A DNA stretch of 64,000 nucleotides from Amoebophrya sp. A120 (Eukaryota > Protista > Dinoflagellata), in contig CAJINV010000001.1 in assembly GCA_905178155.1 (NCBI GenBank), forward strand, positions 12,259,832 to 12,323,831. The letters are read 5' to 3'. Made by a program: the position numbers and the translations under genes. Shown piece by piece: positions 25,101 through 36,648 of this stretch (its first letter is position 1; every line of letters begins with the position of its first letter). The notes beneath the pieces were generated by a model. The model saw only the letters and a program-made list of their open reading frames with translations, did not search any database and was not told the DNA's origin.

Positions 25101-28100
25101 GCGAAACCAAGCAGGTGGAGTTCGAGTTCGTGGACCACGCCGCGGGCGATCGGCAGACGAAGCGCACCCAGCTGGACCGGGCGATCGAGCGCACCCGGGC
25201 CGCGCTCACCTCGTCCAAGGCCTCCGTGCGCTCCTTCGAGAAGATGTCCCGGCTCCAGATGCAGTGGCACGAGACGCGGTGGAAGACCCAAGAACTGCAA
25301 CTGCGGGCCCGCGACGCAGAGCACGCGGTTGGAGAGTTTCAGGAAGTCCAGACCGCGACCGCGGAACTTGCTATCGACTGCAAATGTTTGTCTGGGTCTG
25401 GAACAAAGGTGTAGTGCTGAACGAGACTCGAATAGCTTCGCCCGCTCGGTGTGACATCGCAAGCTTGCGCTAGAAGGAGCATTTTTCACAAAGTTCGCCC
25501 CTCGCTGCGGAGCGCGCACGTTTTGCGTATCACCTGGGAACAACACTGCTGCGTCTCGCGCCGCATCCCCCCGCGGCCTAGTGGATGCATTTTCAAAGCA
25601 TGTCGAGCCGGAAACGCGGCTAGAGACGCCTTCGCAGTGCGTTTCTGGTTGGAAATCTAGCAAGCGACGCCGTCTCAGTGCGTTTCTAGCTGGAAACCCA
25701 CCTAGCGACGCCGTCTCAGGGCGTTGCGAGCTAGAAAGCCAGCTAGCGACGCCGCCCCGGTGTGTGTCCAGCAGGGAATCCAGCTAGCAATGCCGTCTCA
25801 GCGCCTTTCTAGCTGAAAGGAAACACAGCCGGAAAGGCAGCGGCAGCGTGTTTCCGGCTAGAGATCCAGGCGGAAAGGCATCGCCAGCGCGTTCCCAGAA
25901 CGAAATCCAGCGGGAGAGGCATCGCCAAAGCGCCCCCGGCTGGAAGAAATTCAGCCGGCCGCGTCTTTGCAGAGTATTTCTAGCGTGAAATGGAGCCGGG
26001 GACGCCTTTTCAGAGCATTCCTAGCGGGAAACCCAGACGGCGGCGCGTTTTTTTCTAGCCGGGAGGAAATCCAGCAGGGAGGCAGTGCATTACTTAAAGA
26101 GGCACCCGCAAGCAACGCGCCTCCAGCTGGAAACCCTTCGAGGGCGCCTCTTCGAAGAGTATCCAGCTGGAGACGCCGCGGCAATGGAAATCCAGCTTGC
26201 TGGAAACGCCTTTTCGAGGGAAATCCAGATGGAAACGCATCGAGAAGGCTTTTTCAGCGCTTTTCCGCCCGACCTTTTCAAAGTGTTGGCAGCTGGATTT
26301 CTAGTAGAAGACGGTTTTCGATTTCTAGCTTGGAATCCAGCTGTGGGGAACACTTTGAAAAGGCATCCGCGGCGCATTGTTAGCTGGGATTCCAGGTCAA
26401 GGCGCCCCAAGGTGTTGCCAGGTGGATAGATTTGCGGGCGAAGATGCCTCGGGGCATTTCCAGCTGTCAAGAATCGCGAGGCAGCTGATTTCTCTTCGAT
26501 TTTCCGGGGTTTCTTCCCGCGTTAGCAAAACTCTTCTGGCTACCCGGGGAAAGGTTTGCCTAGAAGGATAGTGGGTAGGTATTGGGAAGCCATCGGGAAG
26601 GGGTGGCAGAGCTGAAGCTCTTCTCGGGTTGTTGTGCTTAGCACGGCTCTTCAGGCTACCCGAGGCAAGGATCTTCTAGTAGGGTCGCGGGAGGGTGTTC
26701 ATTGGGATAGTGGAAACGTATTGGGAATTTGTTTTTTTTTTCCCGAGTTGCTGTGTTTAGCACAGCTATTCTGGCTACCCGGGGCATGGGTTTTCTATCT
26801 AGTAGAATGCTGGGAAGGTATTGATGGAGGCACCCATCTGCGCCATCGTTGCACGCCTTCCAGGTGCAGCGTCCGTGGCTGCGGTTGCCGCCTTCCGTCT
26901 CCGTCGGCTGCCCGCGATGTCTCCGTGCGCGCGATCAGCCAAGGTTTTTTTTCCTTAGGGATTTCAGTAAGAAAGTGACACGCGATCGCGCGGATCCGAG
27001 TGACCCCCTACGTCACTCCCCCCGCCCTTTCGATGTGATGACATTGCGCCCCGATCTGTATGAATGGTTTGAAGATCTAAGATGATAAGAGCTAAGATTA
27101 TGACTTTTAAGATGAGGACTCACATGCGGGGGGCCCTCGCCCCCCCCCGCGCCCCCCCGCCCCTTCGATATGATGACGCTGGGCCCCAATCTGTGTGAGT
27201 AGTTTTTATTTTTGAGATGAAGACTTACATGCGGGGGGCCCTCGCCCCCCCCCGCGCCCCCCCCGCCCTTTCGATATGATGATACTACGCCCCAATCCGT
27301 ATGAATAGTTTGTATCTTTGAGCCGAAGACTTAAATGCGGGGGGCCCTCGCGCCCCCCCCGCCCTTTCGATGTGATGATATATATTGCGCCCCAATCTGT
27401 ATGAAAAATTTTGAGATCTAAGATTATAACTTCAAGATCTAAGATCATGACTTTTGACATTGCGCCCCGATCTGTATGAATGGTTTTAAGATCTAAGATG
27501 ATAAGAGCTAAGATTATGACTTTTGAGATGAAGACTCACNCCCCCCCCCGCGCCCCCCCCCGCCCTTTCGATATGATGATACTGCGCCCCAATCTGTATG
27601 AAAAATTTTTAGATCTAAGATTATAGCTTTAAGATCTAAGATCATGACTTTTGAGACGCTTGATCATTGATTTACTATGTGATCTAAGATTTAGATTAAG
27701 ACTCACTAAGATTCAGATTTAAGATTGAGACTGAGATTGTGACTTAAGATTGCGATTTAAGATTGAGCGATGAAATTGTAAATGATTCTGAGATAGATTT
27801 AAGATTTCTTAAGATTTGAGATTGAGATAAGATTTGATAATAAGATTGGAGATTCGAATAAGAGCTAAGATTTAAGATTCAGATTGAGATCGAGATTGAG
27901 ACTTGATACGAAATTGAATTATTCAATTTGAATTATTCATGAAGTTGAGTTATTCAATTTGAATTATTCACGAAGTTGAGTTATTCAATTTGAATTATTC
28001 AGGAAATTGAATTATTCGTGAGTCTTGCGATGAAATTGTAGATATGACTATCAATGGCCATACTGATTGAGCGCGCCTTTTTTAGATCGTGTAGTGAAGC

Positions 28101-28847
28101 ACAAACTGCACAGGAAGAAGGTCGTCGTGTGGCCGCGCTTTTGCTGCTTACGCTCTAGCGTGCGAGACACGCTGCAAAAATACAAGTGGCTCTGCAACCT
28201 TTCGAACAAACGCAGATATATTTGCAATGCATACGGGCAGAGAAGCGGCAAACGGTCCGGGCGCAGGAGGCAAAGATCGAGGAGAAGAAGAAGCAGTACG
28301 ACGAGGCGGTGGCGGCAGTTGCGGATGCGGAGCGGGAGGAGGAAACCGCGAAGACGGATGTGGCTGCGAAAAAGCAGCGCGCTAAGGACATGCAGACCTA
28401 TCAAATGTAAAAATGTCTCGGTCTGGAAGAATGCATGTTTGTCATGCTTGTCTGGCATGACTCTTAAATCTGTCATGCACGTTACCCAAGAGCCCCATTT
28501 TTCTGTGATGCAGAGACGCAGTTTGTCATGCAGAATTGGCAACACCGAGAAGCTCAGAAACTTGTCATGCTGAGCCAGCACTTGTGGACTCATCATGAGA
28601 CGCCAACCAGCATCACAAGTTTCCAGACCCAGACACTTTTACATTTGATAAGACCGACATCCGAACCAGTCGCGACGAAGAGAAGAAGATGACTCGCGAG
28701 TCGGAGCTCAAGCAGGCGGCATTCGCCAAGTTGGAGCGGAAATTCCAAATCTTCGAGGAAAAAACCAAGAACGGACTCCGGGAAATGGAAACCGAGGGCT
28801 ACGACGAAGAACAGATTGCAAAACTCGCGAAGAACAAGCAAGACTGA
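16139..28847 (+). CDS. Snf2-family ATPase, ERCC6L/PICH-like, with C-terminal coiled coil; 18 exons (14 introners + 3 GT-AG introns)
   Basis: Reassembled motifs: [117 protein letters not shown]. Canonical introns at 17107-17347, 21870-22300 and 23751-24203. Stop TGA at 28845-28847. Subfamily assigned from recalled PICH signature motifs. Confidence 0.9.
16202..16450. mobile_element. Introner, aged
   Basis: TAT..ATA ends. TIR includes a perfect 17-mer tttcaactggaacaagt / acttgttccagttgaaa. TSD degenerate (aggcg/atcgg). Element+5 removal joins ATG 16139 to the Snf2 frame. Confidence 0.8.
17391..17610. mobile_element. Introner, family G
   Basis: TIR tatccaagaaaaaaa / tttttttcttggata. TSD gaagc x2. 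Frame restored (LLEK-HSGDDF). Confidence 0.92.
18055..18306. mobile_element. Introner, family D
   Basis: 46-nt TIR tataacctgctcaggtgttacaatctcaaacgttacaatagaatct (1 mismatch). TSD gacgt x2. Interrupts WDV|VLVDEAH. Confidence 0.95.
18356..18618. mobile_element. Introner, family C
   Basis: TIR tatcaaatgtaaaaatgtctgggtctggaagaa. TSD tggaa x2. Frame restored (DPSG-TLSRN). Confidence 0.95.
18789..19069. mobile_element. Introner, family F, aged
   Basis: tatcagagtcgtgcaca / tgtgcactctcata. TSD gattt/gatca. Frame restored (FATPI-NKGM). Confidence 0.85.
19357..19608. mobile_element. Introner, family C
   Basis: TIR core atgtctgggtctggaaga. TSD cttga/tttga. Frame restored (ITYL-KKL). Confidence 0.92.
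21176..21437. mobile_element. Introner, family D
   Basis: Family D TIRs. TSD tccgc x2. Interrupts CLR|IDGST. Confidence 0.95.
21490..21725. mobile_element. Introner, family E
   Basis: TIR tatggcgttctcaa..gttacattctcaa. TSD caacg x2. Frame restored (KVQR-FQN). Confidence 0.95.
22659..22909. mobile_element. Introner, family C
   Basis: Family C TIRs. TSD gacgc x2. Interior very similar to 28399-28650. Confidence 0.93.
22917..23094. mobile_element. Introner, highly degenerate
   Basis: TAT..ATA ends and two internal ttgtcatgc motifs. Element+5 removal restores frame (QTR-EQLD). TIR and TSD (cgcgg/aggcg) are eroded. Confidence 0.55.
24532..24855. mobile_element. Introner, family A
   Basis: tatcatagcgaaaaaagcccccaccccatatc / gatatgctggggagggggcatttttcattgtaata. 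TSD taaac/gaaac. Frame restored (TAK-LECDQ). Confidence 0.9.
24891..25044. mobile_element. Introner, family B, opposite orientation to 1456-1605
   Basis: 5' end tatcctgtgcaaaagtatcgcactcgtagtaattgctgttatgcattacaaatct closely matches the reverse complement of the 3' end of 1456-1605. TSD catga x2. Confidence 0.92.
25540..26480. repeat. Degenerate GC-rich array of TTTCTAGCTGGAAA/CCAGCTGG-like quasi-palindromes
   Basis: Repeated tttctagctggaaa, gaaatccagc and gacgccgtctcag motifs. Confidence 0.7.
27010..28020. repeat. Compound satellite: ~110-140 nt C-run unit, then TAAGAT-rich tract, then TTGAATTATTCA repeats
   Basis: Unit ccccccgccctttcgatatgatga..gcgcccc(a/g)atctgtatgaa..gatctaagat recurs at 27010-27657. 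taagat tract at 27680-27900. ttgaattattca/ttgagttattca repeats at 27912-28019. Confidence 0.85.
28399..28650. mobile_element. Introner, family C
   Basis: TIR tatcaaatgtaaaa / ttttacatttgata. TSD agacc x2. Frame restored (DMQT-DIRTS). Confidence 0.95.
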
Positions 28848-31532
28848 GCCCTGCGCCGCGTCGTGACTGAGGATCTGCGACCTGCGACCCTTCAACAGGG
28901 ACCACACACATGCGTAAGTAGTGGCAAAGTTTTCATCGTGCCTGGTGATCGTTGAACTTCTTTTGATGTCTGGTAGTATACTACCCATAGTACCGTAGAA
29001 GTAGATGATTACTATTACTTGCTGACCCTGCCCGCCAGATAATTGGGTAAGAACGCGATAAAAGTTCTATCGCTGCGCTGCAACTATCCAGAGTGAGAAC
29101 TAGAGTTGTACGGTCACGCACAACAACTTCGCGCTGTCGTATGGAAGATCCTCATTTGCTGAACTTTTCATCTGAGCTTCGACGTCATGACAGTGTCGAT
29201 TCACCATGTGTCGCACGGCCTCGACCAGCGTTGGGATGTAGTTGAAGAATGTTCCTTCAGGATAGAAGAAATGTCATTCAACGCACGGCTGTTCCTGCTG
29301 ATTTTACTGTTCTACTGTCTATTCTAGTGCACCAGCTTTTCCCCCAGCCCCACGAGGATTATGCAATTATATAGGGGCGCAAATACTACATACATGTTCC
29401 CGTCTCTTGGCAGACAGGAGCAATGTTGACCCAGCGAAGAAGCCCTCATAGAATGCTTGAATGATCAACTCGTCCTGCTCGGCTATTCTTAAGGTACATG
29501 TATTCGATTTTGAAACTACTACGCCAGATTTTTTTGCGAATCAGTGCTTGGAGTTTGAAAGTGGAAGATTTTGGAACTACACAGACTTTGAGTGGATCCG
29601 CGGTAAATATAGCCTTACACCACGATCGCGATAGATCAAGAAAGCTGAACTGTATTTGCAGTCAGGAAAATAAACCTCATTGACCCTTATTCACAGCCTA
29701 TAGCCCCAAGCAAACGAAAAGCGCACGCGTTTGGCTTGGTTAGGAGGCTCGTGGTAAAATAATCTGACGTTCCGCCACAGAAATTGTCTTCGAGAAAGGA
29801 AAGGTAGTCGCTCTCTGAAGACTTGGCGGTGTGAAATGTCAAACATCATCGGTATCGCGTGGTACACAAACACAATGAAGATCATGATCTCACTCGCCTT
29901 GTGAAATGATTGCAGTAAAAAATATGTACGTAAATAGATCGGAGGAAAGGAAAAGCCAGGCAACACGAGAAGATCTACGCTTGTAGATGGTGTAGAAGCA
30001 GTAAGGTCTTTTCAATAAACACATTCTTTGACTTTGTCAAAGTCGAAAATAAAGTTCGGGATGATCGACAAAGCAAGACTTTCTTTATTGCCAATATGAA
30101 TATCTTCAAGTAGTTTCATCGTGCAATTGAATTTGTTGCGCGCATTTGCATTTCTGCCGACAGGGTTTTTGCAGTTGATCCATCTTGATCGAACGGAACA
30201 ATATATTTGTACCGGTTCAACAAACAACTCTACTACTCGTATTTCCGGCTTTTTCACGACATCACCGTCAACGTGTCGTGTGGAGCTATCCGGGCGGAGG
30301 GACGCGCCACAAAAAATGCCAAAAAAATGCCCACAATGTTACTTTTTTACAGACGCAACTACTACAATCATCGATCATAATCCAGACTAATCTCATCCCC
30401 ATAAATTCAGAATCTCATCAGAAACATGTCCGGCCAGCTTTCGCCGAGAAAAGAAAATCTAAATCACATCCATCCAAAAAGCTATGCGCGCCCGGGAAGT
30501 CTTAAGCTTGGGTCTGGGTCGGCCCTAGACATTCGCAAAACCCGACCACCCCCAGCTCGGGCACGACAATGCGCGCAGGCTATGTCCAAGAACATTGTGC
30601 CCCAAAAAATAACTTCCCAAAACCTAGACAAGCCCGAAGCGATGGGCACGCACCCGCGCCTCGCTTCGCCCCGACGACAAAAAAAGCCCGCCTGTGAAGG
30701 GGGGGGGGGCTAAAACCCCATCAGCTGCCAGGTCGCGCAGAACCACAGAGGCACTCCGGCTACATAGTAGGTGGCCTTGCCCACGCGTGCCGCCCTGCTC
30801 CCACAGAAGCTCGGGGCCCCTGCCCGATGCAGGCGCCTGCGCTGTGCTTCAATCCATTGCTCCTTTTGAGTTCTGGAGCCAACAATGTGGCGCCTTGGAA
30901 CCCTGGAGTTCCCGGTGGGGAGTGTCAGCTCCCGAACAATCGCCCGCGGGAACCCGGAAAGCAAAATGCCACACATCCGAAAGAGAAGAATCAAAAGAAG
31001 AACATTCGAGCGCCATCGGTTATCTCGAATCAGAATCGATGCGGATATATCAAACATTTCCCAACACGAGCGGGGCCGGCCTGCTTCGAAGCCGGCGTTA
31101 GTGGCGGCGACTCTAGAAGTTACGCCATGTCGGTTTGTCATCTTGCAGTGATCCGGTCCAAATCCGCGCCGCCGATCCGCTTCTTCGCTGAGTAAATTCA
31201 AACACTAAAAATACGTGAGGCAAAAGGCCCAAAAATAAGCTCGCGGTCTGTCCTATAAAGTGCCTTCAAATTTTCTCTGTGGGATTTTTACAAAAGGATA
31301 CAAATGTCGGTCAAGATGCTGCGCATTTCGAACTGTCGAGTTCTCATTTCTTATCCCTGGTACTGTTGCTGCTTGATTTTTTCTTAAAGTAAAGCTCGCT
31401 GTCTCTGGGTGCTGATTTTTTATGTGCAGCGCACGCACTCGCTGGCGTCCATGTTCACAAATTTTTCCGTTCTTTTCATACAAACTTCTGGTCCTACATC
31501 TGAGTGATCATAATTGGTTCTGTGTTTCTAAA

Positions 31533-34500
31533 TTAGTCTTCGTCGTCGTTCTTCGCAGCGGCCTTGATTGCCGCTGTGTTATACTGGGACTCCAGGTTCC
31601 GTAGCGTGGTGGCGTCGGTAGCCTCCAGGAGGAAGCTGAACTGGTTCAGGATGTTCAGGGTCCCCTTGATCGCTGGGTTGGCTGTTAGAGATGTTTTTGG
31701 ATTTTGTAGAATTGCTTCTTCAGATTGGAATGCAGGCATATACAAAAATAAGGCTTTGCAATCTTTTGAAGCAATTCGACAAAATTCAAAAACAAATCTG
31801 CACCGCCTGGTATGCAAATCAAAATCCCACGGCAGCTCAGATTTGCAATGCTTTTCGTGGGTTGGCCCGCGTGTGAATGTCGTAGTCTTCACATAAAAGG
31901 AGGACCGCTTGTTGTCATGCACGACATGCGTGAGAGATTTCATGCAAAGGCGCAGCCAACCCATGGAAAGCAGACTGCAAAACTGAGCCGCGGTCTATAT
32001 GCACCAGCATAGGCTTGGCCACATTCTGCATCATCTTCCCCAGATTCGCCAGGAGGGTCTTCGCGCTCTGCAGGTCCATGCCCTCACAGTTCTCGCAGAG
32101 CTTCACGAGGTATCGGTGGGAGTACGACTGGTCACCATACTCGTGGAACCACTTGTACTTGTCTGCATGCGCGATTTTTTCGAACTGGGTGCACAACTTC
32201 TTGACGTTTTCATACTCCTCCTCGTGTGGGCTGTTAGCGATGTGCACCGACGGGTCCAGCGCAGTCTTTCCCTCTTCGACGACCTTCTCCAGCATGTTCG
32301 CGATTTCTTCGGTTTTTTTTTCGCAGTCCTCCTCCAGGCACTGCAAATCGAAATCGATAACGGTGGAGCCGAGGTTCTGCATGGCCTCCACAATAGAGTA
32401 CCTGGGCGTTGGGTGGACCAGACGATCTGCATCAAATTTGTCATGCATATGCGTATCCAGATTACCAAAGTCGGAAAATGCAAAACGAAACTTCTGGCAC
32501 CTAGTACAGATGCTTGCGCGGGTGCCATAAAGCAGGTAAGTAGTTCTGTACATGCTCCATCCCGCTTTTTTTTTGTTCCGCAAATCGTCGTAGGCTTCGT
32601 TGCGCGAGGTGAGGAAGGTGCCGATCAGCGGCACCTTTTTCTTCAGCGGGTCGAGCTTCGCCGGCTTTGGGAGTGCGGGCCGCGACTGCAAGATACCGAG
32701 GTAGCCCGTGGCCTCCGCGCGACTGAAGAGGCCATGCGTGTTGAAGGCCTTGGCCAGAATGGTGTAAAATTGCCGGTCCTCCATCACCTTGTTCGCGCGG
32801 GCGTTCTTCAGCTCTCTGTTCAGTTGTTCCGCGGTGCCGCCGTTCGCGTACTCGGAGATGGCCTGGAGTTTGCAGAGGTTGTTTTCGAATCCACAGAGGC
32901 CGGACATCGCCCTGCGGCCAGGTAGCAACGCAAAAATTTTCTGCATGACAAATTTTTTACCTTTTCGATATCCACCGCCCCAAGGTCTTCCTTCAGCATG
33001 TCCTCGATTTCGCTCAGGTATCCGGCTAGCAGCGGCATCTCCGCGGACTTCAGCAGCTTCTTCATCTCCTGCAGCTCCTCACTAGTGACGTGTCCGGGCT
33101 TCTTGCGTGCGGAGGAGGAATTTTTCTGCATGTTCGGGTCCAGAAACAGCTCGTCGTCTTCGTCCACGTCCATCTGCGCGTCCTCCGCTTCCGCCCCCCC
33201 GACGACCTTGTTGAACTCGACGACCTTCTGCCAGCCCTGGACCATGTTCGGGGCACAAACTTCGAACGTGTCCTCATAGCTGTGTCATGTTATTTTTGCA
33301 GATGTCGATGTAGCGAGAGCATGCATACAGCCGGGGAAGGCCCCAATGAGACCACGAGGTCTCTCTTTATGCATGACAAGACGACGCATAGGCTCCTTCG
33401 TTCTGCAAAACAGATTGGAAGCAAGGCAAGACATATACTCTTCGATAAACTGCAACACAGATCGTGGCTCGGGCTTTTTCTTCTCCTTCTTCCACCGTTC
33501 GAGCATATTGGCCCGCACGAACGCGCCGGCTGCTTGATACGGCTCGGCAACTGTAGTTTGCAACTTTGAGAATCACTGAGGCCTGCATGACAAAAGAATT
33601 TAGGCGAAAGGGTGGCGCACTCAGAATAAGTAACAAAAAACCCCGGCAGAGGTTGTTGCCCGGCCACAAAATTCACACACTCACACTAAGTCCGGACGGC
33701 CGGTATTATGCATGACAAAATTGAGAAAACAAGATATGTACAATTTTCATTGCTGGTAGGGTGGTTGATGCCCGTCCGCATCATGAAGATGAAGTTGCTG
33801 ACCACGGTCAAGGGGCACTGCCGCCCCCTCATTTCCGCCACGAGCTTCTGCGCCTCGGTGCTGTTCAGCGGGATGTACATTTCTTCCGGAAGAGTTCCGC
33901 AGAAGTTGAAGTTTGCCGTCCCCGCCGCTTTTTGCTTTTTCTCCGCGTCCTCCATAATGGCGTCCAGGTCTGCCATGTCCGCGCTCAGCATCATCTGCAG
34001 GAACGACGCGGGACCCGAACTACTGGCCACGCTCGTGTTTACCGCCCCACTGATGTTGCTCGAAGACGCCGTCGTGCTGGAGAGCAAGCTGGTTGCGCCA
34101 CTGCTGTTGTTATTGGCCGGGGCCAGGGCGCCCAGGGAGGAAGAGGATGACGCAGCCCCCGCGGCTAGCAGGCTAGACGACGCGATGGTGGTGCTGGTTG
34201 TGCCGCCAGTTGAGGTGGCCGGAGCCTTCGGGTGGTTTGGCATTATCATCCCGGCAAACGCCTTCGGGAAACCACGGTCCTCAATCGCGAGGCCATGGTG
34301 GAAACACCACTCCCCGATTTTTTCGTTTCTCGCCGTAACGCTGTCCTTCGAGGCCAGGAGCGACTTCAACGACTGCCGTACCTCTTCGCCCAAAGCGTCC
34401 GCGCGGATGTCGATCAGCCCGTCCAACACCCAGTCCCGCAATATGAAACGAAAGCCAGGGCGAGGCTTGGCTTTCATGCGGCACAGACCTTGATATTCAA

Positions 34501-36356
34501 AACACTATGGACACACAGACCCAGACCCGGACACCCAATTTCGCCCCAAGACTTTCACAGACATAGACTCGTGCTCTTTGATGTAGATCCCCTGCATACT
34601 GACTTCCTTTTTTTCCGCCATTGTTTCCACAATGAGCGACCCCAAGTACTCGAGCGCAGACATGTTCTTCTTCGTGTTCGGGCACATGCCGAAATGGCCA
34701 GCCTTGGTCTCGAGCTGGGACTGCTCGAACCGGGGCCAATAATCCCTGCGGGCCTTGTTCTTCAGCTTCTTCAGCGCCTCGACCTGCAGCTCTTTGGCCG
34801 ACGTCTGCTTGTCCGGCGCGGCCGGCAGTGTGGCGAGCCCGGTGGACTTCTTTTTTGTCTTCGGCCCGCTCGCGGTTTCGCCCGCGAGGCGCTTCCGCTG
34901 TTTTGTTGTTCGAGTTTTTCTTTTGCCCAGGAATGCAGGCGCGATGGGAGTGGGAGCGGCGCACGCTTCACAGGCCATCTCGGCCGGGAGAAAGGCACGC
35001 GCAAAGGGCGCGGAAAAACGCGGACGCCCGGTGGAGGGGCGTCAACCCGAGAGGCCGCATGGCAGGGGCGCCCGCAGCGGCCAGGGCCTGCGCACGGCCC
35101 CTGGCGCGTCTGGGCAGTATTTCTTCCCGCGCCGGCGCCTACCCCTGGCGGCCCAAAAACACAGGGGCCTTGCGCACGGCGTCGGCCCGGGCCACGCCGG
35201 CGCATGTGGGCAGTATTTCTAGCTCCGCGGGACTTTGGTCCCAGGCCACACAAAAAAACGCGCCCGAGAACAGGCGCTGCCCACTGCGGTACGCAGCGGC
35301 CCGGGCGCGTGCTGGCAGAGGGGCGCGAACCCGGCGGCCACCCGCTGCGCCACGGGGCACCTGCCCTGCCTGGCGCGCCTCTGGCCCGCGGCGCCGGCGC
35401 AATTTCGTGGCGCTAGCCCGGATGGGTTTTCGAGCGCACTTTTGCCAGCGCTTTTTTTTTTTGAAAAAATGCAGCTCGAGCTGCCACTTTTGCTGCCACA
35501 ATTAGCTGCCACAAATTTCAAAAACGGCAGCCTGGGCTCCGGAAAAAAATGCCCAGAAATTCTGCCACAATTTGGGCGCCACAATTCGGGTACGCAAAAA
35601 CGCACCTGTTTCGTTAGAAAAAATTTGTGGCAGGGTCGGGGCAGCGATTTGTGGCAATATTTCTGGGCATTTTTTTTGGGTCGGGGGACGATGAAAAAGA
35701 CGGTCTGAGGGGCGGTTTCTGGAGCACCAAAACTGCTCATTTGTGGAACTACTAAAAAGCGCACGAAAAGACTCGCGTACCTGCTTTCCCGCTGTCGTCT
35801 CTGCAGCTACGGTCTGCGTGGACGACTGACCGATACTCACTGCGGGAGAGGCAGCCGGGGCATTTTTCTTCGACCGACATATGCAGACCAAAGCTTGCCC
35901 GCCCGGTGCACGAAAACAGACCAGCTGCTGCCATGGCACAGAGAACGCATGGCAGGCAGCCGAAAGCCAAAAAGGCCGGGCGGGCAAACTCATCTTCATA
36001 TCTACCAGCGGAGCGACCACTGGATTCGGATTTTTGGGGCCGGACTGCGGGCCCGAAGCCCCTGTTACCTGCTGCGGCGCTGTTGCCGGTGCTGCTGTGG
36101 CTGGTTGTACTGGTGGGCCCCCGGAGTTCTTGTTTTTCTGCTCTCCGGCTGCTGCCACACTCGTGCTTGCCTGATTTGCTGTTGAGGAAGAAGTAGTTAG
36201 GCCACTGGCGGGTGCGGTTTGGTTGACCCCGGTTGTTGAAGAAGCAGCTGCCTGCTTTTTGGCAGCGGCCGTCGACACTGCGCTGGTGCCCTTTTTCGCA
36301 GCGCCGGCAGGCGCCGTGCTGCCGCCCTGCGCGCCCTGATTCGTTCTGGGCGCCAT
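31533..36356 (-). CDS. Large multi-exon protein of unknown function inside the hAT-like element
   Basis: Chain of minus-strand coding-like ORF segments (35502-36458, 34505-34978, 33686-34477, 33285-33563, 32820-33245, 31915-32946, 31533-31964). In-phase GT-AG introns at 34979-35780 and 32429-32500; other junctions unresolved. Low-complexity A/T/S N-terminus, basic NLS-like KRKTRTTKQRKR, helical remainder. Confidence 0.65.
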
Positions 36357-36648
36357 ATTCTTGTGTTGCTGCAGCTGCTGCTTGTTGAATGATTCGGATT
36401 TGGTTGGGAGAAGCAAAATCCCGCAAAACCCGATGTCGCTCACACACACTGCCAACACAAAATCGGGGAAATGTCGCTACTCGAGCACTGAGGCCTAGCG
36501 CGCTACAGACCTCAACTCGCCGCTCATACTCGCTAATCTCTCACAACAGGTCGGACAACGAACGCAACGAGCAAAATGGACCGAGGCGAAGTCGATCTGC
36601 TATGCCACGACCAGCCTAGTGCTGGGCTGCTTTGCTTTGTCCGTTGGT

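Larger units (their letters stand above)
25372..28233. mobile_element. Giant (>=2.86 kb) introner with C-like ends, filled with tandem repeats
   Basis: tatcgactgcaaatgtttgtctgggtctgg / cagatatatttgcaatgcata. TSD cttgc/cgggc. Element+5 removal joins two coiled-coil exons in frame. Contains an N at 27540, so length is uncertain. Confidence 0.75.
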
